This document shows, in pieces, positions 55,409 to 64,000 of a DNA stretch of 64,000 nt. Location of the stretch: positions 887,255 through 951,254 of the forward strand of contig CAWDVR010000003.1 of NCBI GenBank assembly GCA_963805975.1, given 5' to 3'. A program made the translations under genes and the position numbers. Every line of letters starts with the position of its first letter. Position 1 is the first letter of the stretch. The notes beneath the pieces are model-generated. The model was not told the origin of the DNA. It saw only the letters and a list, made by a program, of their open reading frames with translations, and ran no database searches. Source of the DNA: an uncultured Acidobacteriota bacterium (lineage in GTDB: Bacteria; Acidobacteriota; Thermoanaerobaculia; Multivoradales; SZUA-115).

Positions 55409-56667
55409 GCCGCGCTCTTCCGCGGCACGACCGAGACCACCGCCCGCCGGCGCGGATCGAGCCAGCGCCGGGCGAAGCCCTGGAGATCCTCGGCGGTGAC
55501 CGCCTGCACGCGCTCGATCTCGGTCGCGAGGAGGGCAGGATCGTCGAAGTAGAGGGCGAGCTGCGACAGCCGGTCGGCGCGCTGGTCGAGCTGCTGGAGC
55601 TGGCTCGCGTGGAAGACCTGCGTGCGGTTCTTGGCGCGCTCGAGGTCGGCCGGGGCGACGGGGCTCTCCCGCGCTTCCTCGAGCAGCTCGAAGAGCCGCT
55701 CTTCGAGCGCCTCGAGGGCGACCCCCGGCCGTGCCGAGGCCACCACGAGGAAACAGCCGGGAAGCTCGTGCTCATAGACGTAGGCCGAGACGCTCTGCGC
55801 CATCTGCCGCTCGCGGACGAGATCCTTGTAGAGCGGGCTGGACTTGCCGTCGGCGAGAGCGGTCGAGAAGAGGTCGGCGGCGAGCCAGTCCGGGTCGCCC
55901 AGGGCCGGCGCGGGGTAGGCGACGAGGAGGCGCGGGAGCTGGACGTCGTCCTCCACCGTCTCCCGGGCCTCGGCGGTGCGCTCCGGGCCGGCCTCGAGGA
56001 TCGGCCGCGGCGGCCGCGGCCCGGCCGGGATGGGGCCGAAGTAACGCTCCACGGCTTCGAGCGCCGGGCCGGCCTCGAAGTCGCCGGCCAGCGTGAGCAC
56101 GGCGTTGTTGGGGCGGTAGTAGGTCGCGAAGAAGCCCCGTAGCTCGTCGAGCGTGGCGGCGGCCACGTCCTCGCGGTAGCCGATCACCGGCCACCGGTAA
56201 GGGTGGCCCGCGGGGTAGAGCAGCTCGAAGATGCGCTCCGAGGCGCGGCCGTAGGGCTGGTTGTCCACCCGTTGCAGGCGCTCGTTGAGCACCACCTGGC
56301 GCTGGGTGTCGAGCTTGGCGTCGGTGAGCGCCGGCAGCAGGAAGCCCATGCGGTCGGCCTCGAGCCAGAGGGCGAGGTCGAGGTGCTCGGCGGGCACGGT
56401 CTCGTAGTAGTTGGTGCGGTCCTTCGAGGTCGAGCCGTTGCACACCCCGCCCACCAGTTGCAGGTGGTGGAAGTGCCGGCTGGGCCCCACGTTCTCGCTG
56501 CCTTCGAAGAGCATGTGCTCGAAGAGGTGGGCGAGGCCGGTCCTGCCGGGGCGCTCGTTCTTCGAGCCCACGTGGTACCAGAGGTTGACCGCCACCAGCG
56601 GCAGCGACGGGTCCGGGTGCAGCACCACGGAGAGGCCGTTGTCGAGAGTGTGGCGGTGGAGGAGCAT
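55405..56667 (-). CDS. M16 zinc peptidase (pitrilysin family), catalytic subunit
   Basis: WYHVGSKNE, GLAHLFEHMLF, NGSTSKDRTNYY. Confidence 0.93.
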   Translation of the reverse strand: MLLHRHTLDNGLSVVLHPDPSLPLVAVNLWYHVGSKNERPGRTGLAHLFEHMLFEGSENVGPSRHFHHLQLVGGVCNGSTSKDRTNYYETVPAEHLDLALWLEADRMGFLLPALTDAKLDTQRQVVLNERLQRVDNQPYGRASERIFELLYPAGHPYRWPVIGYREDVAAATLDELRGFFATYYRPNNAVLTLAGDFEAGPALEAVERYFGPIPAGPRPPRPILEAGPERTAEARETVEDDVQLPRLLVAYPAPALGDPDWLAADLFSTALADGKSSPLYKDLVRERQMAQSVSAYVYEHELPGCFLVVASARPGVALEALEERLFELLEEARESPVAPADLERAKNRTQVFHASQLQQLDQRADRLSQLALYFDDPALLATEIERVQAVTAEDLQGFARRWLDPRRRAVVSVVPRKSAA

Positions 56668-56855
56668 GACGGGCTGACGAGTCTAGCAGCGGGTGGCGGC
56701 CGTCGAGGGGCCCCCGCGAGCCCCCCTCGCCGTGCAGGGAGGAGCGCAGCGGGCTTTGTTACGAAGAAGCACTGACGGCCGACAGGACCCGCTGCGACCG
56801 AGCGCGTCAATCGGCCCTTGCCTTTACGCCGCGTTTCCGTCTAGGCTACAGACCC

Positions 56856-57500
56856 ATGGCACGGAAAGCGGAATACCTGACCGAGCGGCAGAAGGAGATC
56901 CTCGAGTACATCGAGGAGTTTCAGGCCCAGCAGGGCATCGCGCCCACCCATCGCGAGATCTGCGAGCGCTTCGGCTACTCCTCCTACGGCACGGTCTACA
57001 AGCACCTGCGCCTCTTGGCCGAGAAGGGCTACCTGTGGCGGGACTGGAACCAGAAGCGGGGCCTCCAGCTCCTGAAGTCGCCGCCCAAGCGCAAGCTGCG
57101 CCCGGAGACCGGCAGTCTCCTCGAGCTGCCCTTCTACGGCCGCATCGCCGCCGGCCGGCCGATCGAGGCGCTCTCCGGCAACGAGCGGCTGGCGGTGCCG
57201 GAGCAGTTGATCGGCAACAAGCTGGGGCCGCACTTCGTGCTGCAGGTGGTGGGCGACTCGATGATCGAGGAAGGCATCCACGACGGCGACTACGTGGTGG
57301 TCGCGAGCCGCGAGAAGGCCGAGGCCGGCGAGATGGTGGTGGCGCTGGTGGGCAGCGAGGCGACGCTCAAGCGCTTCTACCCGGAGGGCCGGCGGATGGT
57401 GCGCCTGCAACCCTCGAACCCCAGCATGAAGCCCATCCGGGTGGCGGCCGGGGACGTGCAGGTGCAGGGCATCGTCGTCGGTCTGATGCGGCGGTACTGA
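56856..57500 (+). CDS. lexA: LexA SOS repressor
   Basis: LTERQKEILEYI, PTHREI, GRIAAG.P cleavage site, GDSM, ATLKRF. Confidence 0.95.
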   Translation: MARKAEYLTERQKEILEYIEEFQAQQGIAPTHREICERFGYSSYGTVYKHLRLLAEKGYLWRDWNQKRGLQLLKSPPKRKLRPETGSLLELPFYGRIAAGRPIEALSGNERLAVPEQLIGNKLGPHFVLQVVGDSMIEEGIHDGDYVVVASREKAEAGEMVVALVGSEATLKRFYPEGRRMVRLQPSNPSMKPIRVAAGDVQVQGIVVGLMRRY

Positions 57501-57688
57501 CGCGGCGGCCGCGTCCCGCGCCATCGTTCGGCCGGTACGAGCCCGGCCGCTACGTCCGGAGGTTCTGAGTGTAGCGGCCGGACCCGTGCCGGCCGTCTTA
57601 GCCGTCTGACAGACGCGGCATCCTTCCCTGAGTACAATAGGCCGCTCTTCTCATTCCGAGCGGACAACTTTATCCTTCGAAAATTCGC

Positions 57689-59083
57689 ATGGACCTCGAT
57701 GGACTTCTGAAGCTGATGACCGAGAAGGGGGCCTCGGACCTCCATCTCAAGCCGACCCGGCCGCCGTTGATGCGCATCAACGGCAAGCTCTTCCCGCTCG
57801 ATACCGAGCCGCTGGCGCCGGACCAGATCGACTCGATGCTGACCACGGTGCTCAAGCCGCACCAGTTGAAGCGGCTCGAGGACCGGATGTCGGTCGACTT
57901 CGGGTACGGGGTACGGGGCCTGGCGCGGTTCCGCGGCAACGTCTACGTGCAGCGCGGCACCCTCGCCGCCTCCTTCCGCCGCATCCCATACCAGATCGCG
58001 ACCCTCGACGACCTGGACCTGCCGCCGGTGCTGCTCGACTTCTGCGACCTGCCGATGGGCATGGTGCTGCTGACCGGCCCCACCGGCAGCGGCAAGTCGA
58101 CCACGCTCGCCGCGCTGATCAAGCACATTGCGGCCCTGCGGCCGGTGCACGTCATCACCATCGAGGACCCGATGGAGTTCCTGTTCACCGACGACGTGGC
58201 CTCGATCTCGCAGCGCGAGGTGGGGACCGACACCGGCAGCTTCACCGAGGCGTTGCGCAACGCCATGCGGCAGGACCCGGACGTCATCATGGTGGGCGAG
58301 ATGCGCGAGCCGGAGACCATCGCCACCGTGATCACCGCGGCCGAGACCGGCCACCTGGTGTTCTCGACGTTGCACACCAACAGCGCCGGCCAGTCCGTGG
58401 ACCGCATCCTCGACAGCTTCGCCTCCGAGCAGCAGGGCCAGGTACGGACGCAGCTCGCACAGGTGCTGAAGGGCGTGGTGTGCATGAAGCTGGTCGAGCG
58501 CCAGGACGGCGCCGGGCGGGTGGCCGCGCTCGAGATCATGAAGAGCTCGCCCAAGATCTCCAAGATGATCGAGAAGGGCGAGACCTCGGGCCTGCTCGAA
58601 GAGATCGAGTCGTCGGTCGGCTACTACCGGATGCAGTCCATGAACCAGTCGCTCCTGGCGCTCCTGGTGCACGGGATGATCACCTACGCCGAGGCCATGC
58701 GGCAGTCGCCGGACCCCGAGGACCTCTCGCTCAAGCTGCGCAAGATGTTTCCCAAGATCGAAGAGCAAGGAGCCAACATGAGCGCCTCCCACGCGGATTT
58801 CTCGTACATCATCGAGATGCAGGAGTTCCGGCGGCTGTACGAGGAGCAGGAGGAGAAGACCAAGCTCAAGCTGGCGGAGAAGGACGAGGAGATCTCGGAC
58901 ATCCAGCGCAGCCTCGAGGACCGCGACAAGGAGATCGGCAAGCAGCAGGGGCGCATGCGCCAGATGACCGAGGACCACGAGAAGCTCAAGGGCGACTACA
59001 CCCGGCTGCGGCAGGAAGCGCAGGAGAAGATCGACAAGCTGATGGACCGCATCAAGGAGCTGAACCAGAAGCTGATGAAGTAG
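57689..59083 (+). CDS. pilT: PilT/PilU-family ATPase with C-terminal coiled-coil extension
   Basis: ASDLHL, TGPTGSGKSTT, TIEDP.E, RQDPDVIMVGEMR, GHLVFSTLHT. Confidence 0.88.
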   Translation: MDLDGLLKLMTEKGASDLHLKPTRPPLMRINGKLFPLDTEPLAPDQIDSMLTTVLKPHQLKRLEDRMSVDFGYGVRGLARFRGNVYVQRGTLAASFRRIPYQIATLDDLDLPPVLLDFCDLPMGMVLLTGPTGSGKSTTLAALIKHIAALRPVHVITIEDPMEFLFTDDVASISQREVGTDTGSFTEALRNAMRQDPDVIMVGEMREPETIATVITAAETGHLVFSTLHTNSAGQSVDRILDSFASEQQGQVRTQLAQVLKGVVCMKLVERQDGAGRVAALEIMKSSPKISKMIEKGETSGLLEEIESSVGYYRMQSMNQSLLALLVHGMITYAEAMRQSPDPEDLSLKLRKMFPKIEEQGANMSASHADFSYIIEMQEFRRLYEEQEEKTKLKLAEKDEEISDIQRSLEDRDKEIGKQQGRMRQMTEDHEKLKGDYTRLRQEAQEKIDKLMDRIKELNQKLMK

Positions 59084-59201
59084 CCCACCCCCGCGGCCCA
59101 GTGCCTCGGGGTATCTCTCGTTGCGGTGCTCGAGCTCCCTTCGGGCGGCCTGCGCTCCTCACGAGAGACACCCCTCGGCGGCCGCGCCCTCCCACCTCCA
59201 G

Positions 59202-59242
59202 TCCCCTCTCCCCGCTTGCGGGGAGAGGGTTAGGGTGAGGGG
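59202..59242. repeat. Family A palindrome that supplies the stop codon of the CCA-adding enzyme gene
   Basis: TCCCCTCTCCCCGCTTGCGGGGAGAGGGTTAGGGTGAGGGG; the - strand TAA is at 59230-59232. Confidence 0.85.
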
Positions 59243-60492
59243 CCCTCTCGCAGCAGCCTCACCGCCTCTTCCCGCGTCCGCACCTCGCCGTCCACTTGCG
59301 CCTGCCGTACACGCGCCAGGGCCTGCCCGATCGCCGGGCCGGCGACGCCCATGAGCTCCCGCACCTCGTCGCCGGTGAGGAGGCGCGGCGGGTCGACCAA
59401 GCTCTCTCCTTCGGCTCGTGCCAGCTCCAGGAGCGGGCCGAGCCGCTCGTCGAAGCGCTCGCGCTGCCCTGCGAGCCGGGCCCGCGCCGCGAGCATCGCC
59501 ACCGCCGACGGCCAGAGATCTCCCAGACGGTGGAGGAACCTCCGGCGCTCGAGCGGGCTTTCCGGCAGAGCCTCGACCTCGATCAGGCGGCGCGCTTCGC
59601 GGCCGATGCCGGGCATCAGGTAGCCCGTCGCCTCCAGATGCTCGAGGGCCTGCGACGAGCCCTCCGGTAGCGCGACGAGTGTCAGGGCCCAGCGTGCCGC
59701 GAGCGCGTCGAGCGGCGTGAAGAGCTCGGGCGCCAGGGCCTCCAGCCGGCTGCGCTCGCGTTCGAAAGCCGCGAGCAGCCTGGGTGCCGGGCTCGCATGT
59801 ACCGCTTCGCCGCCCCGGCCGAGCCACAGGCCGGGATAGACGCCGGTGTGGGCGAGGAGCGCCAGGCCTCGCGCCGCTCGCTCGCCCGCGAGGATTCGGC
59901 CCAGCTCGTAGCGGATGCGTTCGCTCGCCACCTCGACCAGCCGGGGAGAAACGGCGCGGGCGAGGCGCACGGTCTCCGCCACCGCCTGGAAGCGCGGCAG
60001 CTCCACCGCGAAGCGGGCGAGGCGCAGCACACGGAGCGGGTCGCCGGCGAAGCTCTCGGCCGTGGCGGCACGGAGGCGCCGGCGCTCGAGATCGGCGAGG
60101 CCCCCGAACGGATCGTGAAGCTCGCCGCTCGCGAGATCGAGCGCCAGCGCGTTGATCGTCAGGTCGCGCCGCGCGAGGTCGTCCTCGAGGCTCGCGCCGC
60201 CGCGGTCCCAGAGGTCGACCACGAGGTCGGGCCGGACCAGGCGGAGCGCCGCGAAGCGCTCGCCGCCCAGCCGCACGAGCCTCGCACCCAGGCGCTCGGC
60301 GAGGCGGTGGGCCATGGCCTCGCCGCCGTCGGAGACCACGACGTCGAGATCGTAGGTGGGGCGGCCCAAGAGCGCATCCCGCACCGCGCCGCCCACCAGG
60401 TGGAGGGTGCCTCCGGCGGCAACCTCGACCAGGGAGGCGACGGCCGGCAGACGGCGGAGATCCTCGAGAGCAGCGCGGTGGGCAGGGAACAT
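59230..60492 (-). CDS. tRNA nucleotidyltransferase (CCA-adding) / poly(A) polymerase family
   Basis: LVGGAVRDALLG..DLD, DLARRDLTINA, DPLRVLR, ERIRYEL. Confidence 0.9.
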   Translation of the reverse strand: MFPAHRAALEDLRRLPAVASLVEVAAGGTLHLVGGAVRDALLGRPTYDLDVVVSDGGEAMAHRLAERLGARLVRLGGERFAALRLVRPDLVVDLWDRGGASLEDDLARRDLTINALALDLASGELHDPFGGLADLERRRLRAATAESFAGDPLRVLRLARFAVELPRFQAVAETVRLARAVSPRLVEVASERIRYELGRILAGERAARGLALLAHTGVYPGLWLGRGGEAVHASPAPRLLAAFERERSRLEALAPELFTPLDALAARWALTLVALPEGSSQALEHLEATGYLMPGIGREARRLIEVEALPESPLERRRFLHRLGDLWPSAVAMLAARARLAGQRERFDERLGPLLELARAEGESLVDPPRLLTGDEVRELMGVAGPAIGQALARVRQAQVDGEVRTREEAVRLLREGPSP

Positions 60493-60562
60493 GACTCGGC
60501 TGGGAGGGTAGGGAAGCGGGTCCGGGCTGTCAACGCGGCGGGTGAGCGCCCCTCACCCTAGC

Positions 60563-61584
60563 TGTGAGTGCTCAGGAGGTTGTTCACCCGGGCAGCTGTG
60601 GGAAGCTGGGTTTGTCGAAGACCTGGCATCCCACGGAGGCTCCCCGGGTGAACATCCATAGAAGAGCAAAAACGACCCCCGAAAGTCGAGCCCTGCTGAT
60701 TGAGCGGGTGGAGGCCGAGGGCTGGAGCCGCCGTCAGGCGGCAGAAGCCCTCGGCCTGTCGGTGCGTACGGTAGCCAAGTGGCTCCAGCGCTACCGTCTC
60801 GAGGGCGAAGCCGGCCTCCTGGATCGCTCCTCGCGCCCCTGCCGCTCGCCTCATCGTCTGCCGGCCTTGCAAGAGCAGAAGGTCTTGGATCTACGCCGGA
60901 AGCACCGTCTGTGCGCTCTGGCCCTGGCCCGATCTCTGGGTCTGTCGCGAGCTACCGTAGGCCGTATCCTTCGGCGGCACGGCCTGTCGCGGCTCCGCGA
61001 CCTGGAACCCCCAGTCCCTGTGGTGCGCTATGAGCGGGAGGCTCCTGGCGACCTGCTGCACCTCGACATCAAGAAACTCGGCAAGATCGGCGGAATCGGC
61101 CATCGCATCACCGGCCAACGCAACAAGCGCGCTCGGGGAGTGGGCTGGGAGTTTGCCCACGTCGCCATCGACGATTTCAGCCGACTCGCCTACGTCGAGA
61201 TCCTGCCCGATGAACGGGCCGAAACCACAGCCTCTTTCCTACAGCGCTCTGTAGCCTGGTTTGACCAGCTCGGCGTACCGATCCGACGTCTGCTCACCGA
61301 CAACGGCTCGGCCTACCGCTCTCACCTCTTCGCCCGAAACTGCCAACAAGCAGGACTACGCCACAGCCGCACCCGGCCCTATCGACCTCGAACCAACGGC
61401 AAGGCCGAACGCTTCATCCAAACCGCCTTGCGAGAATGGGCCTACGGCCGCCCCTACCCGAGCTCCTTGGACCGAGCCCAGATGCTGCCCAGATGGCTCC
61501 ACTTCTACAATCAACATCGACCCCATTCCGCCTTGGGCGGACTACCACCCCTCTCCAGGGTGAATAACCTCTTGAGCACCAACA
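60563..61584 (+). mobile_element. IS481-family insertion sequence, 1022 bp, intact
   Basis: TGT...ACA ends; 27-bp terminal inverted repeats matching at 23/27; 6-bp target duplication CCTAGC at 60557-60562 and 61585-61590. Confidence 0.95.
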
Positions 61585-61589
61585 CCTAG
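60648..61589 (+). CDS. IS481-family DDE transposase
   Basis: MNIHRRAKTTP, LHLDIKKLG, AIDDFSRLAY, LTDNGSAY, TNGKAERF; the TAG stop lies in the duplicated target. Confidence 0.95.
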   Translation: MNIHRRAKTTPESRALLIERVEAEGWSRRQAAEALGLSVRTVAKWLQRYRLEGEAGLLDRSSRPCRSPHRLPALQEQKVLDLRRKHRLCALALARSLGLSRATVGRILRRHGLSRLRDLEPPVPVVRYEREAPGDLLHLDIKKLGKIGGIGHRITGQRNKRARGVGWEFAHVAIDDFSRLAYVEILPDERAETTASFLQRSVAWFDQLGVPIRRLLTDNGSAYRSHLFARNCQQAGLRHSRTRPYRPRTNGKAERFIQTALREWAYGRPYPSSLDRAQMLPRWLHFYNQHRPHSALGGLPPLSRVNNLLSTNT

Positions 61590-61770
61590 CCCTCTCCCCG
61601 CGAGCGGGGAGAGGGGACCGGAACTGTAGGGGCGGCCGGCGGTCGCCCCTCTGGTGGGGAGCCCGGGTCAACACCCTTGCGGCCAGCGCCCGCCAGAGTT
61701 AAGATTTCGCTTTAGACGACCGGATCTAACCATCGAAGAAGTAAGGGAGATCGGGCGAGGGCACCGGGGC

Positions 61771-63723
61771 ATGCTGCGGCGGATCTTCTGGAGCGTGGTG
61801 CTCATGGCCGGGTTCGTCGTGCCGGCGCCGGCGGCCGAGGTGCGGCCCGTGCGGGTCAGCCTGGGCGACGGCCTGTCCGCCCTGCTGACCCGCGAGCGCC
61901 AGATCTTCGTCGAGACCACGCCGCAACGGGGCGAGGGCCTGCTGGCTTTCGCGCGGCGCCTGGCGAGCGGTGACGCCGGCGCTGCGGCCGTCTCCGAGGC
62001 CAACAGCGGCGCGAAAGCCCTGCTCTCCGGCGTCCGCTACCGCGTGCCCTACCGGGTTCTGAAGCCGTCCCTCCAGGTGGCGGCGATCCGCGCCCTGTTC
62101 GGCGACGACGCCGCCGAGCCCGAGGGCTGGCGCCACCAGGTCCACAGGCTGGGCAACCTGCCGATCGAGAGCCTGACGGAGCTGGCCGAGTGGTTCACCG
62201 GCCGGAGCGACGGTGTCTTCGAGCTGCGCGACCACAACCAGCTCGCAGATGCCGAGCTGGCACCGGGCGACGCCGTGCTGATCCCCGCCCGGCTCCTGCG
62301 GCCCCATTTCCGCGCCCTGCTGCCCGCGCCCACTCCCAAGGCTGCCGCGTCGATCGTCGCCAGCAAGCCCCTGGTCGCTCTGGCGTCGCCGGCCGAGCCG
62401 GCCACGGTCTCGGCCGCGTTCGCGCCACCGCCCGGTCCGGCGACCTCGGCCCTGCCGCCGCCCGCGGCGGCGGCGACCGGCGAGCCCATGCCCGCCGCCA
62501 TCGAGGGACCCCTGGCGCCGGCGTCGGCGCTGCCCGCCGCCTCCCGCCTGGTGCCGCGCGACTATCGACTGGAGTATGGCCGCGACGCCCAGGGCGACTA
62601 CGCCATCTACCGGCTGCGGCCGGGCGAGGCCCTGTACTCGAGCGTCGTCGTGCGCTTCACCGGCCGCGTGCTGGCGGCGGACGTCAACGAGCTGGCGGGC
62701 GAGATCGCGGTGCGCAGCCGCATCGGCGACGTGACCGACATCCCGATCGGCTACCGGGTGAAGATTCCCTACGAGCTGCTGTTGCCCGAGTTCCTGCCCC
62801 CCGGCCATCCGCGGCGGCGGGAGTACGAGGAGAGCCTGCTCGCCGCCGCGCGCTTCGACAACCCGGTGCAGGCCTTCGGGCTGGCCGGGGTGACGGTGAT
62901 CCTCGATTCCGGCCACGGCGGCCGGGACGTGGGCGCGAGCTTCGGCGGCGTGTGGGAGAGCCTCTACGTGCACGACATCCTGCTGCGCGTGCGCCAGCTC
63001 CTCGAGACCCACACCCAGGCGAAGGTAGTGGCCACCGTGGCGGACGGCAAGCGCGCGCGGCCGGACGAGGCCGACGTGCTGCCCTTCTCGCGCAACCACC
63101 GGGTGCTGACCTCGCCGCCCTACGCGATCGAGGACGCCGCGGTGGGCACCAACCTGCGCTGGTACCTCGCCAACAGCCTCTTCCGCCGCGAAGTGGACAA
63201 GGGCGTCAACCCGGAGAAGGTGGTCTTCCTCTCGCTCCACGCGGACTCCCTCCACCCCTCGCTGCGCGGCGCCATGGTCTACATCCCGGACGCGCAGATG
63301 CGGGGCGGCACCTTCGGCAAGAGCGGCACGCTCTACGCCGCGCGCACCGAGTACCGGGAGCAGCCGCAGGTGAGCTTTTCGTGGCAGAGCCGGGTGCAGA
63401 GCGAAGGCTTGTCGCGCGACCTCGCCCGCCACCTGATCGCCGGCTTCGAGCACCGCAAGCTCCCGGTGCACCCGGACAAGCCGGTGCGCGAGCTCATCAT
63501 CCGGCGGCGCAGCATGTACGTGCCGGCGGTGCTGCGCTACAACGCGGTGCCGGCCAAGGTGCTGCTCGAGGTCTGCAACCTGGCCAACGGGGCGGACCGC
63601 GCCGCGGTGCAGACCGCGGCCCACCGGCAGAAGATGGCGGAGGCGATCGTCGAAGGCCTGCTGTCGTACTACGGCTACCAGGACCGCGATCTGTCGCTGC
63701 GCGTGGCGGCGGTGGGCAGGTAG
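61771..63723 (+). CDS. N-acetylmuramoyl-L-alanine amidase (Amidase_3) with long N-terminal region
   Basis: Signal peptide; ILDSGHGGRDVGA...E, FLSLHADS, VLLEV. Confidence 0.88.
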   Translation: MLRRIFWSVVLMAGFVVPAPAAEVRPVRVSLGDGLSALLTRERQIFVETTPQRGEGLLAFARRLASGDAGAAAVSEANSGAKALLSGVRYRVPYRVLKPSLQVAAIRALFGDDAAEPEGWRHQVHRLGNLPIESLTELAEWFTGRSDGVFELRDHNQLADAELAPGDAVLIPARLLRPHFRALLPAPTPKAAASIVASKPLVALASPAEPATVSAAFAPPPGPATSALPPPAAAATGEPMPAAIEGPLAPASALPAASRLVPRDYRLEYGRDAQGDYAIYRLRPGEALYSSVVVRFTGRVLAADVNELAGEIAVRSRIGDVTDIPIGYRVKIPYELLLPEFLPPGHPRRREYEESLLAAARFDNPVQAFGLAGVTVILDSGHGGRDVGASFGGVWESLYVHDILLRVRQLLETHTQAKVVATVADGKRARPDEADVLPFSRNHRVLTSPPYAIEDAAVGTNLRWYLANSLFRREVDKGVNPEKVVFLSLHADSLHPSLRGAMVYIPDAQMRGGTFGKSGTLYAARTEYREQPQVSFSWQSRVQSEGLSRDLARHLIAGFEHRKLPVHPDKPVRELIIRRRSMYVPAVLRYNAVPAKVLLEVCNLANGADRAAVQTAAHRQKMAEAIVEGLLSYYGYQDRDLSLRVAAVGR

Positions 63724-63742
63724 GGGCGCACGGCGTGCGCCC

Positions 63743-64000
63743 CTACTCCCGATAGGGCTCGATCGCGGTGACCCTGTACGCCGTGGGACCGATGTTCACC
63801 TCGGCCCCCACCCTGGCGCCGAGCAGGCTCTTCCCCAGGTCCGACTCGTAGGAGATGACGCCGTTCTCCGGGCTGCTCTCCCAGGGCCCGAGGATCGAGA
63901 TCCGCCGGCTGCCGCCTGCCGCGTCGGCGAGCACGATCGTGGTGCCGACGCGCGCCTCGGAGCCGTCGACCGCCGCGAGGTCGATGGGCCGCGCCCGGGT
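63743..64000 (-). CDS. GreA/GreB-family protein, C-terminal part (5' end outside the window)
   Basis: ...ARVGTTIVL...ILGPWESSPENGVISYESDLGKSLLG; the frame is open to the window edge. Confidence 0.8.
   Translation of the reverse strand, partial: TRARPIDLAAVDGSEARVGTTIVLADAAGGSRRISILGPWESSPENGVISYESDLGKSLLGARVGAEVNIGPTAYRVTAIEPYRE

Noticed and set aside
56668-56855. LexA box upstream of lexA
   Set aside because: No convincing match to SOS-box types I know; only imperfect GC-rich hairpins are present.

Overview
Very GC-rich bacterial DNA; the gene content would fit an Acidobacteriota-like soil or sludge organism, but that is inference only. The left half (2543-32730, all + strand, mostly tightly packed) is an apparently complete extracellular contractile injection system (eCIS; Afp/PVC-like). 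It encodes sheath, tube, chaperone, DUF4255 cap, AAA ATPase, a cargo block, tube initiator, LysM, hub, spike, gp25, two baseplate-J proteins, a wedge/tail protein and a DUF6519 beta-helix fibre. The most unusual part is the cargo block (10510-17860). Three candidate effectors share a GNQA-containing N-terminal leader. Two of them carry a DUF4157 domain followed by RSGLRL(Q/S)R-C just before a variable C-terminal domain, and a divergent Lgt-like (prolipoprotein diacylglyceryl transferase) gene sits between those two. This suggests, as a hypothesis, a system that cleaves and lipidates injected effectors. A secreted 8-Cys peptide gene precedes the locus. The window also holds three families of short palindromic repeats, several inside coding sequences. 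One family flanks a DUF559 nuclease gene as 84-bp direct repeats and is the target of an intact IS481 element. The right half is mostly ordinary: poly-HAMP hybrid kinase, EF-G paralogue, Ser/Thr kinase, M16 peptidase pair, lexA, PilT-family ATPase, CCA-adding enzyme, amidase and a GreA-like gene. No rRNA, tRNA or CRISPR array was seen. All family assignments come from motif recognition by eye, not database searches.
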